A stretch of 64,000 nt of DNA, taken from an uncultured Nitrososphaerota archaeon. Lineage in GTDB: Archaea; Korarchaeota; Korarchaeia; Korarchaeales; Korarchaeaceae. A program made the position numbers and the translations under genes. The stretch spans positions 64,001-128,000 of the forward strand of contig CAZQNA010000004.1 of the NCBI GenBank assembly GCA_964594835.1. The letters are read 5' to 3'. Numbering within the stretch: position 1 is the first letter of the stretch; every line of letters begins with the position of its first letter. Of this stretch, positions 7,114 through 17,062 are shown one piece after another. Below the pieces are notes generated by a model. That model did no database searches, had not been told where the DNA came from, and saw only the letters and a list, made by a program, of their open reading frames with translations.

Positions 7114-9258
7114 GTGGCCTCTGGAATGAAAAGGGCACACCTTGGGTTCTCGGCGGCTCTGATCGTAGTCTCGATGCTCGCGCTGGCCCCTCTCCAGGGA
7201 ATAGTTCAGGTCTCAGCCACGAGTAAGACCTACGACTGGCTCAACATAGAGCTGGGAAACCGCAGCGAGATGATGGTTGGACCCTTCAGGCTCGTCGGCC
7301 GCATATCGGCCGGGGTTACAGATATCTTCATGATCGAGGTGTGGAAGGGCGAAGATGTATGCGCGGTCTTCCAGGCCTCGAACAATCAGGAGGAGGTTCA
7401 AGGGGCGGTCAAGGCCTACTGTGGAGAGGGTCCGACGGTCTTCGAGATCCACCTCTACGGAACGGAGTCGACGACCTCAGACGGGGGGAAGATCAAGTTC
7501 GACATAAAGGACAGCGTCTACTCCCCCGAGATCACCCTGAGGCTCCACCCGATCACCCCAACAGACCTGAGGTTCAACCAGACGTCCACCGTCGTGGACC
7601 TGACGGTGGCGCTCAGGAACGAGGCCACGGGGACGCCCGCTTGGGCCCGGATCACCGCGGCCTACGGCAGGGTTGAGGGCGCCGAGAACGCCACGATAGA
7701 GCTGGTGGCGACGCTCCCCCCGGCGGAGAACCCCACCAACTTCTCTGTGCCGCCGCCCAAGCCGGGAGAGGAGGCAAACTATACCTTCGAGTTCTCCGCC
7801 TCGGCCAACGGCAAGGCGTACGCCAAGCTCGTTGCCACGATCGGGGTGTCGTACCCGGTGGACTTCAAGAAGGACGAGCAGCAGAGCTCCTCCTCTCGCG
7901 AGGTCTGGGTCTACGACCCCGGGAGGGTCCTCAGCCACACGGTCAGGTTCTACATCTCGGTGGGCGACATCTACCGCGACGTCGGCGTGCCCGAGGTGCG
8001 CATAAACCTCAACCACTCCGCGCTGACAGTCCAGCCTGGAGACAAGGTCTCCTTCGAGTTCACCCTGAAGAACTCCGGCACTGGTGATGCGTTCAACGTC
8101 TCGATATGGCTGAGCGTACAGCCTCCCCTTCCCCAGATCCTGGTGGTGAGTCCCGAGGTCCCCGGGCTGACCGGCAAGCCATTCACGGGCTCCATGACGA
8201 CCCCAATGCTCGTCCCTCGGTTGCCCAAGAACGCCGTGACCCAGAAGATCAAGTTCAAGGTGGTGTTTCCCGAGGACGTGGACATCATGGGGTCCTACTT
8301 CAACACGACCATACTCGTGGAGTGGCAAGACAAGGTCGGCAAGAACTTCAACGCCAAGGCCAGCAGGGTGATAATAGTGAGCGAGCCAGAGTACCCGTCT
8401 ATCTCCGTGTCAAAGAAGGTCTCCCCGTCGGAGGTCAGCGTGAACGGCACCGTATCCGTCATCGTCAAGGTGGTCAACGAGGGCGAGGCCGCCGCGACGG
8501 ACGTGAAGATCACCGACTCCTTCCCCGAAGAGTACTTCGAGCTCGTCCAGGGCAGAACGTCGGCGTCGGCCAGCACCCTCGCCCCCGGGAAGAGCATGAC
8601 CCTGTCCTACAAGCTCAGGGCGAAGAAGGAGGGATCTGCCATGCTCCCCGCCGCCGAGGTCCAGTACAGGGAGAGAGAGGCCCCTCAGCTAAAGTACTCC
8701 AACACACTCATAGTGAGGATTGTGAAGCCCTCGGTCGGGCTGGAACTGATAACCTCCCCGCCCGGCAGGATGATAGTGGGCGACCTGGCTGAGGTGGTGT
8801 TCAGCTTAGCCAACGACGGGACTGGGCAGGCTAGGGAGGTCGAGATCATACTGGAGATCCCCCCAGGCCTGGACCTCCTGGAGGCCGAGGGACCTGTGAC
8901 AACTCAGGAGAGGACCGAGGAGGGCGGGTGGAGGGTCTCGTTCAGGGCTGACGCCGTCGACCCTGGGGCCTCCGTCGACTTCAGCATGCGCATGAGGGTC
9001 CAGAGGATGGGGGCCTACAACATCACTCTGGTCAACGCCACGTTCAAGGGCGAGGCCGGGGAGCAGAAGTACCGCGTAGAGGGCGCCGAGGCCCTGGAGC
9101 TCTCGTTCCTCGTCGAGGTCCCCAGGTCGCAGAAGGTGATCGTCACGGCCGCCCTGGTGGGGATGGTGGGGGCCGTCGCGGCGGCCTCCTTCTTCGCCGT
9201 GAGGGGGATGCCCAGCCGATACGCGACGAGGAGACCCCGCCTCGGGCTCCCGAGGTAG
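7114..9258 (+). CDS. S-layer-associated multi-Ig-domain surface protein (COG1361/DUF11/BatD-like) with C-terminal TM anchor
   Basis: Signal peptide; repeats 'F.L.N.G.G.A..V' and 'VSKKVSP...V.V.V.N.G...A.DV.I.D'; C-terminal hydrophobic helix plus basic tail. Confidence 0.7.
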   Translation: MASGMKRAHLGFSAALIVVSMLALAPLQGIVQVSATSKTYDWLNIELGNRSEMMVGPFRLVGRISAGVTDIFMIEVWKGEDVCAVFQASNNQEEVQGAVKAYCGEGPTVFEIHLYGTESTTSDGGKIKFDIKDSVYSPEITLRLHPITPTDLRFNQTSTVVDLTVALRNEATGTPAWARITAAYGRVEGAENATIELVATLPPAENPTNFSVPPPKPGEEANYTFEFSASANGKAYAKLVATIGVSYPVDFKKDEQQSSSSREVWVYDPGRVLSHTVRFYISVGDIYRDVGVPEVRINLNHSALTVQPGDKVSFEFTLKNSGTGDAFNVSIWLSVQPPLPQILVVSPEVPGLTGKPFTGSMTTPMLVPRLPKNAVTQKIKFKVVFPEDVDIMGSYFNTTILVEWQDKVGKNFNAKASRVIIVSEPEYPSISVSKKVSPSEVSVNGTVSVIVKVVNEGEAAATDVKITDSFPEEYFELVQGRTSASASTLAPGKSMTLSYKLRAKKEGSAMLPAAEVQYREREAPQLKYSNTLIVRIVKPSVGLELITSPPGRMIVGDLAEVVFSLANDGTGQAREVEIILEIPPGLDLLEAEGPVTTQERTEEGGWRVSFRADAVDPGASVDFSMRMRVQRMGAYNITLVNATFKGEAGEQKYRVEGAEALELSFLVEVPRSQKVIVTAALVGMVGAVAAASFFAVRGMPSRYATRRPRLGLPR

Positions 9259-9315
9259 AGGGACAAACCTTTTTTATCGCCGCAGGTGTGTCGTCGGCGA
9301 ACAGGTGGTTGATCT

Positions 9316-9636
9316 ATGGGGCTTGAGTACGTGTACGCCGCCCTGCTGCTCCACGAGCTGGGTAAGGATATAGACGAGAACTCGGTGAGCGCCGTCCTCA
9401 AGGCCGCCGGGGTCGAGCCCGACCCGGCCAGGGTCAAGCAGCTGGTGGAGGCTCTGGACGGGGTGGACATAGACGAGGTGATCAAGACGGCGGCCGTGGC
9501 TCCGGTGGCGGCTCCAGCCCCGGCCGCGGAGGCGGCCGCGGAGGAGAAGCCCGCCGAGGAGAAGAAGGAAGAGGAGGAGAAGAAGGAGGAGGAAGAGGAG
9601 GCGGCCATCGCCGGGCTCGGCGCGCTCTTCGGCTGA
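9316..9636 (+). CDS. rpl12: 50S ribosomal stalk protein L12 (aP1)
   Basis: '[10 protein letters not shown]', Ala-rich hinge, acidic tract and C-terminal 'GLGALFG'. Confidence 0.97.
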   Translation: MGLEYVYAALLLHELGKDIDENSVSAVLKAAGVEPDPARVKQLVEALDGVDIDEVIKTAAVAPVAAPAPAAEAAAEEKPAEEKKEEEEKKEEEEEAAIAGLGALFG

Positions 9637-9688
9637 GCCCCCTCATCACCTTATTTTATTCGTCAGCTCCAAGCGTCCCCCGATCGTC

Positions 9689-12433
9689 ATGGGAAGTAGG
9701 CCCGACCCAGGAGAGTCCCTGAGACTCGAGTTCTTCAGAGAGAAGGGCTACGTCCGCAGGCGCTGCCCCAAGTGCGGGGAGCACTTCTGGACTCTGGACC
9801 CGGACAGGGAGGTCTGTGGGGAGGCTCCCTGCGAGCCCTACAAGTTCATCGGAGAGGGCCTCAGCCGGAGGCTGAGCATGGAGGAGGCCAGGGAGGGCTT
9901 CCTCTCCTTCATGGAGTCCAGAGGGCACGCCAGGGTTGGGAGGTACCCCGTGGTCGCCAGGTGGAGGGACGACCTCTTCCTGACCAGCGCCTCCATTGTG
10001 GATTTCCAGCCCTACGTGACCGCCGGGCTCGTCCCACCTCCGGCGAACCCGCTCACAATCTCCCAGCCCTGCATTCGCCTGAAGGACATAGACAAGGTCG
10101 GCCTGACCATGGGCCGCCACCTCACCATATTCGAGATGATGGCCCACCACGCCTTCAACAGGCCGGGCGAGGAGGTTTACTGGAAGGACCGGACCTTGGA
10201 GCTCTTCCACGAGTACGCAACGACCGTCCTCGGTATACCGGAGGAGGAGATAATCTACAAGGAGGGATGGTGGGAGGGCGGAGGGAACGCGGGGCCGGAC
10301 GTGGAGCCGATAGTCAGGGGGCTGGAGATAGCAACCCTGGTGTTCATGGAGTACCGGGTCCTCGACGGCAGGTACGAGAGGATGGACACTAGGGTCGTGG
10401 ACACCGGGTACGGGCTTGAGAGGATAGTATGGCTCTCTCAAGGGACTCCCACGGCATTCGACGCGATCTACGGGAACCTCGTGGACAAGTTCCTCGACAG
10501 GCTGGGGGTTCGGCGGCCCGACGAGGAGCTCCTGAACAGGTACTCCACCCTCTCGTCGCTGACAGCCAAGGTCGAGAGGGGGAGCAAACTGAGGGAACTC
10601 AGGAGGGCCATAGCCATTCAGCTGGAGGTGGACCCCGACGAGCTAGACGCCGCCCTGACCCCGCTTGAACTCGCGCACTCGGTCCTAGACCACACGAAGA
10701 CGATAGCCTTCATGCTGGCGGACGGGCTCGTCCCGTCGAACACGAAGGAGGGCTACCTCGGGAGGCTCGTGATAAGGAGGGCCTTGAGGGCCATAAGGGC
10801 CCTCGGCGCCGACGTCGAGCTGGCAGAACTCGTCGACCTCCAGCTCGACTACTGGGGAGGCCAGTTCCCAGAGCTCCTGGAGAAGAGGGGCAGGATCTTG
10901 GACATGGTTCAGGTGGAGGAGAGGAGGTTTGGAGAGACCCTCCAGAAGGGGCTCCAGCTGATAGAGAGGGAGTTCAAGCGGAGGAGGGGTGAGGGCATCA
11001 CGCTCGACTTCCTGATGGAGCTCTACGACTCTCACGGCGTGCCCCCGGAACTCGCCGCAGACGTCGCCAAGAGGCACGGGATGGAGCTGGAGGTGCCAGA
11101 CAACTTCTACGAGCTCATAGCTGCAAGGCACGAGGCGCCAGAGGTCAAGCCGCCGGAGCTCCCCAGGTACGTTGAGGAGGTGGAGGCGTTCCCGAAGACG
11201 GAGCTCCTCTACTACGAGGACCCGTACGCCCTGAGGTTCGAGGCGAGGATCATCGGGATCCTCGGCGAAGAGGCCGTGGTGCTGGACAGGACTGCCTTCT
11301 ACCCCGAGGGGGGAGGCCAGCCCTCCGATGTGGGGTTCCTCAGGCTCGAAGGCGGGGGCGAGCTGGAGGTGGTCAGGGCCGAGAAGATCAAGGACCGGGT
11401 CGTCCACTACGTCAAGGGGGACCTCTCCGGGGTGAGGGTGGGTGACAGGGTCCAGGGAGAGATAGACTGGCCGAGGAGGCTCTCCCTGATGAGGCACCAC
11501 ACCGGCACCCACGTCCTGCTAGAGTCAGCGAAGAGGGTCCTCGGCGACCACGTCTGGCAGTGGGGCGCCCAGAAGGGAGAGAGGGAGAGCAGGCTCGACA
11601 TAACTCACTACAAGTCGGTGAGCGACGAGGAGCTCAGGAGGATAGAGTTCCTGGCCAACCAGATAGTGATGGAGAACAGGCCGGTCAGGACGAAGTGGAT
11701 GCCCAGGCAGGAGGCCGAGAAGATCTACGGGTTCGAGATCTACCAGGGCGGCGTCGTCCCCGACCTCACCCTGAGGATCGTGGAGATAGAGGACTTCAAC
11801 GTTCAGGCGTGCGCCGGGACTCACGTCAGGAGGACCGGTGAGATAGGCCCCATCAAGGTCTGGAGGGCGAGGAGGATTCAGGACGGGGTCGTCAGGCTGG
11901 AGTTCAGCTCCGGCATGGCCGCCGTGGAGAGGCTGCTGGAGGCCTACGACAGGGTCAGGAGGATCTCCGCGGTGGTGGGGTCCCCCCTTGAAAAGGTGGA
12001 GTCCGCGGTCGAGAGCCTGGTCAGCGAGAACCGAGAGCTCAGCAAGAGGCTCACCGCCGCCCTGGAGAGGCTCCTGGAGGTCAGCATAAGGGAGAGCCCG
12101 CCCACCGAGGTGAGCGGCCTGGAGCTGCGGGTCGTCCCCGTAGACCTCACGGACAGGAAGGCGCTCACCGACGCCGCCGACTCGTTCGCCCGCTCCAACC
12201 CGAGGGCGATCCTCTGCCTGATGGGCGGGTCGGGCCAGAGGCAGGTCGTCCTCGCGATCGGGGAGGAGGCCGCGAAGAGGGGCGTACACGCGGGCAGGCT
12301 CCTCTCAGGAGTCCTGAAGAGGGTCGGAGGCAGGGGAGGGGGTCAGGAGAGGATGGCTTGGGGGTCCGTTCCACAGGAGGTCACGCCCGATGGCCTGGCG
12401 GGGGAGATAGCCCGGGAGCTGAGGAGTCTCTGA
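9689..12433 (+). CDS. alaS: alanine--tRNA ligase (archaeal type)
   Basis: N-terminal CxxC..FWT, 'YPVVARWRDD', 'QPCIR', 'DTGYGLER', editing-domain HHTGTH and CAGTH, C-Ala 'GRGGG'. Confidence 0.97.
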   Translation: MGSRPDPGESLRLEFFREKGYVRRRCPKCGEHFWTLDPDREVCGEAPCEPYKFIGEGLSRRLSMEEAREGFLSFMESRGHARVGRYPVVARWRDDLFLTSASIVDFQPYVTAGLVPPPANPLTISQPCIRLKDIDKVGLTMGRHLTIFEMMAHHAFNRPGEEVYWKDRTLELFHEYATTVLGIPEEEIIYKEGWWEGGGNAGPDVEPIVRGLEIATLVFMEYRVLDGRYERMDTRVVDTGYGLERIVWLSQGTPTAFDAIYGNLVDKFLDRLGVRRPDEELLNRYSTLSSLTAKVERGSKLRELRRAIAIQLEVDPDELDAALTPLELAHSVLDHTKTIAFMLADGLVPSNTKEGYLGRLVIRRALRAIRALGADVELAELVDLQLDYWGGQFPELLEKRGRILDMVQVEERRFGETLQKGLQLIEREFKRRRGEGITLDFLMELYDSHGVPPELAADVAKRHGMELEVPDNFYELIAARHEAPEVKPPELPRYVEEVEAFPKTELLYYEDPYALRFEARIIGILGEEAVVLDRTAFYPEGGGQPSDVGFLRLEGGGELEVVRAEKIKDRVVHYVKGDLSGVRVGDRVQGEIDWPRRLSLMRHHTGTHVLLESAKRVLGDHVWQWGAQKGERESRLDITHYKSVSDEELRRIEFLANQIVMENRPVRTKWMPRQEAEKIYGFEIYQGGVVPDLTLRIVEIEDFNVQACAGTHVRRTGEIGPIKVWRARRIQDGVVRLEFSSGMAAVERLLEAYDRVRRISAVVGSPLEKVESAVESLVSENRELSKRLTAALERLLEVSIRESPPTEVSGLELRVVPVDLTDRKALTDAADSFARSNPRAILCLMGGSGQRQVVLAIGEEAAKRGVHAGRLLSGVLKRVGGRGGGQERMAWGSVPQEVTPDGLAGEIARELRSL

Positions 12434-13086
12434 TGCCGATCCGGGTAGACCTCGTGAGCCGGGCGGCCAGGGAGGTTCTCGTCCTGGCCGCCCTGTCGCT
12501 CCCCAAGAGGAGGTCGGTCGACCTGGTGGGGGACAAGCTGTCTCTGACGAGGGCGGAGAGGGCCGCCGTGGAGAGGCTCGTCAGGTGGCCGGAGGAGGTC
12601 TCGCTGGCCGCCTCCAAGATGGCCCCCCCAAGCCTGGCCTCGGGTAGATCGATCGGCGTTGACGGCTACAACGTGCTGATCACCGTGGAGGCCATGCTCC
12701 TGGATGAGCCGGTCTTCCTCTGCACTGACGGGTTCCTCCGAGATCTCAGGGGGGTCTTCTCATCATACAGGCCGTCCGACGTCACCGAGAGGGCGATGGA
12801 GCTTATCGTGGATGCGCTCGGCGGGCTGAGTCCAGCCGAGGCGCTCATCGCCTTCGACGAGCCCATGAGCCGCAGCGGGGAGCTTGCCTCCCTGGCCAGG
12901 GAGAAGATGGCCCAGGCCGGGCTGATCGGGACTTCCTTGACTCACCGCCAGGTGGATACCCTGATATCGGGCTTTGAGGTCGCCGCGAGCTCCGACGTGG
13001 CCGTGATCGAGAGGGCGCGCGCCGTGATAGACCTGCCGGCGCTGGTGGCGGATTCGATCGGGTACAGGCCTAACGTTATCTGGTAG
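12433..13086 (+). CDS. DUF434 family protein (PIN/NYN-like)
   Basis: 'VDGYNVLITVE', 'DGFLRDL', 'SRSGELA', 'SSD' motifs; ATG overlaps alaS TGA (TGATG). Confidence 0.8.
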   Translation: MPIRVDLVSRAAREVLVLAALSLPKRRSVDLVGDKLSLTRAERAAVERLVRWPEEVSLAASKMAPPSLASGRSIGVDGYNVLITVEAMLLDEPVFLCTDGFLRDLRGVFSSYRPSDVTERAMELIVDALGGLSPAEALIAFDEPMSRSGELASLAREKMAQAGLIGTSLTHRQVDTLISGFEVAASSDVAVIERARAVIDLPALVADSIGYRPNVIW

Positions 13087-13121
13087 TTCTTGCGAGGCGT
13101 CTCGAGGGAGGTTGTGACGAG

Positions 13122-14189
13122 GTGCCGCCAGCCCTGCCCTGGACCGTCAGGCTTGAGGACGACAAGGTCGTCCTGATAGATCAGACGGTCCTCCCCGGAG
13201 AACTCAGGTTCGTGGAGTGTCGAGAGGTCGAGTGCGTGGCCAGGGCCATAGAGACCATGGTAGTCAGGGGGGCCCCGGCCATAGGGGCGACGTCCGCGTA
13301 CGGGCTGGCCCTGGCCGCGATGACGTCCCCCTCCAAGGACCACGGGGGTCTCATGAGGGACCTCGAGGCCGCGGCCGAGAGGCTGAGGAGGACCAGGCCC
13401 ACGGCGGTCAACCTCTTCTGGGCCATCGAGAGGGTCATGAGGGCCGCCAGGTCCGCGTCGGAGTCCGGAGATGCGGAGGAGATAAGGAGGGCAGTCGTCT
13501 CGGAGGCTGAGAGGATAGCCCAGGAGGATGTGGAGGCCAACAAGGCCATAGGGAGGCACGGAGCCCAGCTGATCGAGGACGGCATGACTGTGATGACGAT
13601 CTGCAACGCGGGCACCCTGGCGACGGTGTGGTACGGGACGGTGACCGCGCCCATATACACGGCCTGGGACGAGGGCAAGAGGTTCTCCGTGATCGCGCTA
13701 GAGACGAGGCCAGTCCTACAGGGGGCTAGGCTCACCGCCTACGAACTCCACGCCGCCGGGATACCGGTGACCCTGATAGTCGACGGGGCCGCCGCGCACA
13801 CGATCCGCGAGAGGGGGGTGGACCTCATCCTCGTCGGCGCCGACAGGATCCTGAGGGACGGGACTGTCTACAACAAGATCGGCACCTACTCGCTCGCCCT
13901 CGCCGCCAGGGCTCACGGCGTCCCCTTCTTCTCGGTGGCTCCCACCAGCACGTTCGACCTAGAGTCGAGTCGCTCAGACGTCAGGATAGAGGAGAGGAGG
14001 CCCGAGGAGGTCACCAACGTCAGGGGCGTGAGGATCGCCCCGGAGGGGGTGGACGTCTACAACCCCGCGTTCGACATGACGCCCCCTCACCTGCTCACGG
14101 GGATCGTCACGGAGAGGGGGATACTCCACCAGCCGCTCTGGCTGAGCATAGCCAGGGCGTTCGGCCTCTCAGCGACCGCCGGTCACTAG
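13122..14189 (+). CDS. mtnA: S-methyl-5-thioribose-1-phosphate isomerase (eIF2B-like family)
   Basis: 'DQTVLP', 'VRGAPAIG', 'RPTAVNL', 'CNAGTLAT', 'ETRPVLQGARLTA', 'NKIGTY', 'NPAFD'. Confidence 0.9.
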   Translation: MPPALPWTVRLEDDKVVLIDQTVLPGELRFVECREVECVARAIETMVVRGAPAIGATSAYGLALAAMTSPSKDHGGLMRDLEAAAERLRRTRPTAVNLFWAIERVMRAARSASESGDAEEIRRAVVSEAERIAQEDVEANKAIGRHGAQLIEDGMTVMTICNAGTLATVWYGTVTAPIYTAWDEGKRFSVIALETRPVLQGARLTAYELHAAGIPVTLIVDGAAAHTIRERGVDLILVGADRILRDGTVYNKIGTYSLALAARAHGVPFFSVAPTSTFDLESSRSDVRIEERRPEEVTNVRGVRIAPEGVDVYNPAFDMTPPHLLTGIVTERGILHQPLWLSIARAFGLSATAGH

Positions 14190-15269
14190 GATCCTCGGGA
14201 GGGGTCTCAGATCCCCGATCTGAGGAGCTCCGAGGGGGATCTGGGCCTCCTTACCTCTCCTGTTCACCCACACGCCCCTCACACCGGCGGACTGCGCCGA
14301 CAGTACGTCTGACTTCAGGACGTCTCCGACCGCGATAGCCTCGTCAGGCCGCGCGCCCACCACCCTCAGGGCCCTGTGAAATGCCTCTGGACTCGTCTTA
14401 TTGATCCCCAGGTCTTCAGACGTCAGAACGGTCTCGAAATAGGGCTCGAGTCCGATCGCCCTGAGCTTCTCCCTCTGCCAGCGGGAGATGCCGTCCGTCA
14501 AGAGGACAAGCCTCACCCCCATCCTCGCGAGCTCCCCCAGGGTCGCGACATCCGGGTACGGCCTCACGACCTCGAGGACCTCCCTCCAGTACTCCTCCTC
14601 CGCCCTCTCCGGATCCGGGATCACGCTCAGCCTGGTTCTGAGCCTCTCGAAGAGCAGGCGCTTCGAGTACCTCTCCGGGGAGTCCCCCAGCTCTGCGTAG
14701 ATCTCCCTCCTAACCTCCTCGTACTCCTCGACCAACGTCTCGGGGTCCAGCCCCCACCTCGGCGCCAGCCTCCTGAGGGCCTCGTGCCTCATCACGTCGT
14801 AGTCGCAGAGCGTGCCGTCTAGGTCCAAGAAGACAAGATCACCCCGCTCGTAGTACTCCGGCGTGAGCCCCAGCCTGTCCAGCGCGCGCTCGCACTCCCT
14901 CCTGGCGAACGTGAGGTCCCGTCCCAGGTACTTCAGGTGCGTCTCCGCGTGGGAGTTACTGCAACCGAATCCCCTGACCGGGTCTCCGCCGATCTCCTCC
15001 GCGAGGAGGTCCTCCGTCTCGGGATCGTGGGTGCGGCCAACCACGGCGGTCATCGGGGCAAACTCACGCCTGCTGGTGAGCCAGTCGACGTGCCACCTCA
15101 CTCGCCCCGGCCGGAGGAGGTGCCTCCTGACCCGCGCGAACAGACCCCCCATGGCCCGTCCTACGTAGACGTAGTAGCCGGCCTCGAACCGCAGACTGCC
15201 GAGCCCTCCGACCTGGTACTCCCCTCCCTCCCTGCAGTGTATCAGCAGGGCGTACACGCCTGAGTCCAA
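14169..15269 (-). CDS. fusion of DUF123 (GIY-YIG/Uri-type nuclease) and HAD-IA hydrolase
   Basis: N-terminal 'GVYALL...GYYVYVGRA..GL.ARV.RH...WHVDWL...GFG'; C-terminal DLDGT, LLTDG, K, GD..SD motifs. Confidence 0.8.
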   Translation of the reverse strand: MDSGVYALLIHCREGGEYQVGGLGSLRFEAGYYVYVGRAMGGLFARVRRHLLRPGRVRWHVDWLTSRREFAPMTAVVGRTHDPETEDLLAEEIGGDPVRGFGCSNSHAETHLKYLGRDLTFARRECERALDRLGLTPEYYERGDLVFLDLDGTLCDYDVMRHEALRRLAPRWGLDPETLVEEYEEVRREIYAELGDSPERYSKRLLFERLRTRLSVIPDPERAEEEYWREVLEVVRPYPDVATLGELARMGVRLVLLTDGISRWQREKLRAIGLEPYFETVLTSEDLGINKTSPEAFHRALRVVGARPDEAIAVGDVLKSDVLSAQSAGVRGVWVNRRGKEAQIPLGAPQIGDLRPLPRILVTGGR

Positions 15270-15328
15270 GGCAATCTCCTCTCTCTGGGCTCTCTCAGGC
15301 TAGAAAAAGGAGATAGGGGAAAGCCCCC

Positions 15329-16327
15329 TCAACCGAAGCCCGGCGGCCTCACGTTCACGACGTCCTTGTTGACGAGGGTGGGCGGGACCTTCCCCTCCTT
15401 GAACGCGATCAGGTTCTCGGCCACGATGTCGGCCATCCTCGAACGAGTCTCTATGCTGGCGCTGGCGGCGTGCGGGGCGAGGACCACGTTCTTGAGCTGG
15501 AGCAGCGGATCGTCGGGCGGGATGGGCTCCTGCTCGAAAACGTCCAGCGCGGCCCCGGCGATCCACCCCTCCTTGAGCGCCCTGTAGAGGGCCGCCTGGT
15601 CGATCACCTTCCCCCTGGCCGTGTTGATCAGGAACGCGGTTGGCTTCATCATCTTCAGCTCCCTCTCTCCGATCATGTGGTGGGTCTCCGGCAGCAGGGG
15701 CACGTGCAGGCTCACGAAGTCGGACTCCCTTAGGAGCGTCTCCAGGTCAACCCGCTTGGCCCCGACCTCCCTCTCGATCTCCGGCCTCTCCACGATGTCG
15801 TAGTACAAGATCTTCATGCCGAAGCCCTTGGCCCTCCTCGCAACTGCCTGGCCGATCCGCCCCATGCCCACGATCCCCAGAGTAGCCCCGTGGACGTCGG
15901 TGCCCAGCATCATGAGCGGGTGCCACGCGACCTTCCACTGCCCGGACCTGACGTAGTGATCGGCCTCCACCACCCTCCTGGCGACCGCCAGAAGGAGGGC
16001 GAAGGCGAAGTCCGCCACGGTCTCGGTAAGGACGCCGGGCGTGTTGGTCACGTATATCCCCCTCTCTGTGGCGGCCTTTACGTCGATATTGTCGAAGCCT
16101 ACCGCGTACTGGGCGACTATCCTGAGGTTGGGGGCCGAGTCCATCACCTCGGCGTCGATTGGGTCGGTGAGGAGCGAGACCAGCGCGTCCTTGTCTCTGA
16201 CCCTCTCTATGATGACGTCCTTCGGGGGAGGGGCCTCCTCCGGCCACAGGTCCACCTCGAACTGCTCCCTGATCTTCTTGAGGCCCCTCTCGGGTATCTC
16301 CCTGGTCATGAACAGCTTGGGCTTCAT
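15329..16327 (-). CDS. gyaR: glyoxylate reductase (D-2-hydroxyacid dehydrogenase)
   Basis: 'AVGFDNID', 'NTPGVLT', GxGxxG 'GMGRIG', 'NTARG', 'LDVFEQEP', 'PHAAS'. Confidence 0.9.
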   Translation of the reverse strand: MKPKLFMTREIPERGLKKIREQFEVDLWPEEAPPPKDVIIERVRDKDALVSLLTDPIDAEVMDSAPNLRIVAQYAVGFDNIDVKAATERGIYVTNTPGVLTETVADFAFALLLAVARRVVEADHYVRSGQWKVAWHPLMMLGTDVHGATLGIVGMGRIGQAVARRAKGFGMKILYYDIVERPEIEREVGAKRVDLETLLRESDFVSLHVPLLPETHHMIGERELKMMKPTAFLINTARGKVIDQAALYRALKEGWIAGAALDVFEQEPIPPDDPLLQLKNVVLAPHAASASIETRSRMADIVAENLIAFKEGKVPPTLVNKDVVNVRPPGFG

Positions 16328-16370
16328 GGGCTCACCCGGGCTCGCGGGCGTGTTTAACCTATAAACAGGC

Positions 16371-17033
16371 TCACCTGAAGACGAACCCGGTCTTCATGTA
16401 CCACATGTAGAGGTCCAGCTCGGCGAGGGTGAGGCTGGCCTCCCCCGCCACCCCCCTCAGGGACTCCTCGAGCTCCAGGTACCTGGCCCTGGTGAGGCTC
16501 CTCGGAGGCTCCTCTATGAGTCTGTAGTCGACCATCACCCTCAGTATGTGCCTGTCTATTATGGCCACGTCCTTCCTACCGGTGTTCCTGAGGAAGTGGC
16601 TGGACTCCTTCATTCCGAGCCCGCGGACGTTTCTCCTCAGCCACTCCCTGGCGTCGCGGGAGCCCATCCTGGGCACGACCTCCCTGAGGGTCCTGAGCAG
16701 CGGGCGGCTCGCGACGATGTACCCGGCCCTGGACCTCGGGAACCTGTGCCCCATCTCCCCCAGGAGTCTAGACAGCTCGCTCTCCGATGCGTCGAACAGC
16801 GCCCCGCTTCTCCAGAGACTGTCCGCCATTCTGAATGCGTCTACCGCCTTGAAGTTGGCCGCCAGGATGCAGAAGGCAAGCTCCCTCGCCCAGACCCTCC
16901 AGTCTCCCCTCCCTATCTCCTCGAACTCCCTGATCCGTGATCTCACCACTTCTCGGACGTCTGGGTTCCTGGTCAGCCGGAGAATCGCATCCGCGAGCCT
17001 CTCCATTTGGTCAAAGTTTCTCCTGCGCCACAT
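16371..17033 (-). CDS. ogg: 8-oxoguanine DNA glycosylase/AP lyase (Ogg2/MJ0724 type)
   Basis: '[10 protein letters not shown]', 'GHRF', HhH '[15 protein letters not shown]', 'AIIDRHILR', 'LDLYMWY..TG'; alternative start ATG at 17006. Confidence 0.9.
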   Translation of the reverse strand: MWRRRNFDQMERLADAILRLTRNPDVREVVRSRIREFEEIGRGDWRVWARELAFCILAANFKAVDAFRMADSLWRSGALFDASESELSRLLGEMGHRFPRSRAGYIVASRPLLRTLREVVPRMGSRDAREWLRRNVRGLGMKESSHFLRNTGRKDVAIIDRHILRVMVDYRLIEEPPRSLTRARYLELEESLRGVAGEASLTLAELDLYMWYMKTGFVFR

Positions 17034-17062
17034 TATTATCCCCGCGCCGGCCGTCAGCAGGG

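Noticed and set aside
16937-17062. Extended N-termini from the ORF track for radA (also nurA, acdA, thiL, hsp20, creatininase)
   Set aside because: They overlap neighbouring genes and lack family similarity; downstream starts were used instead.
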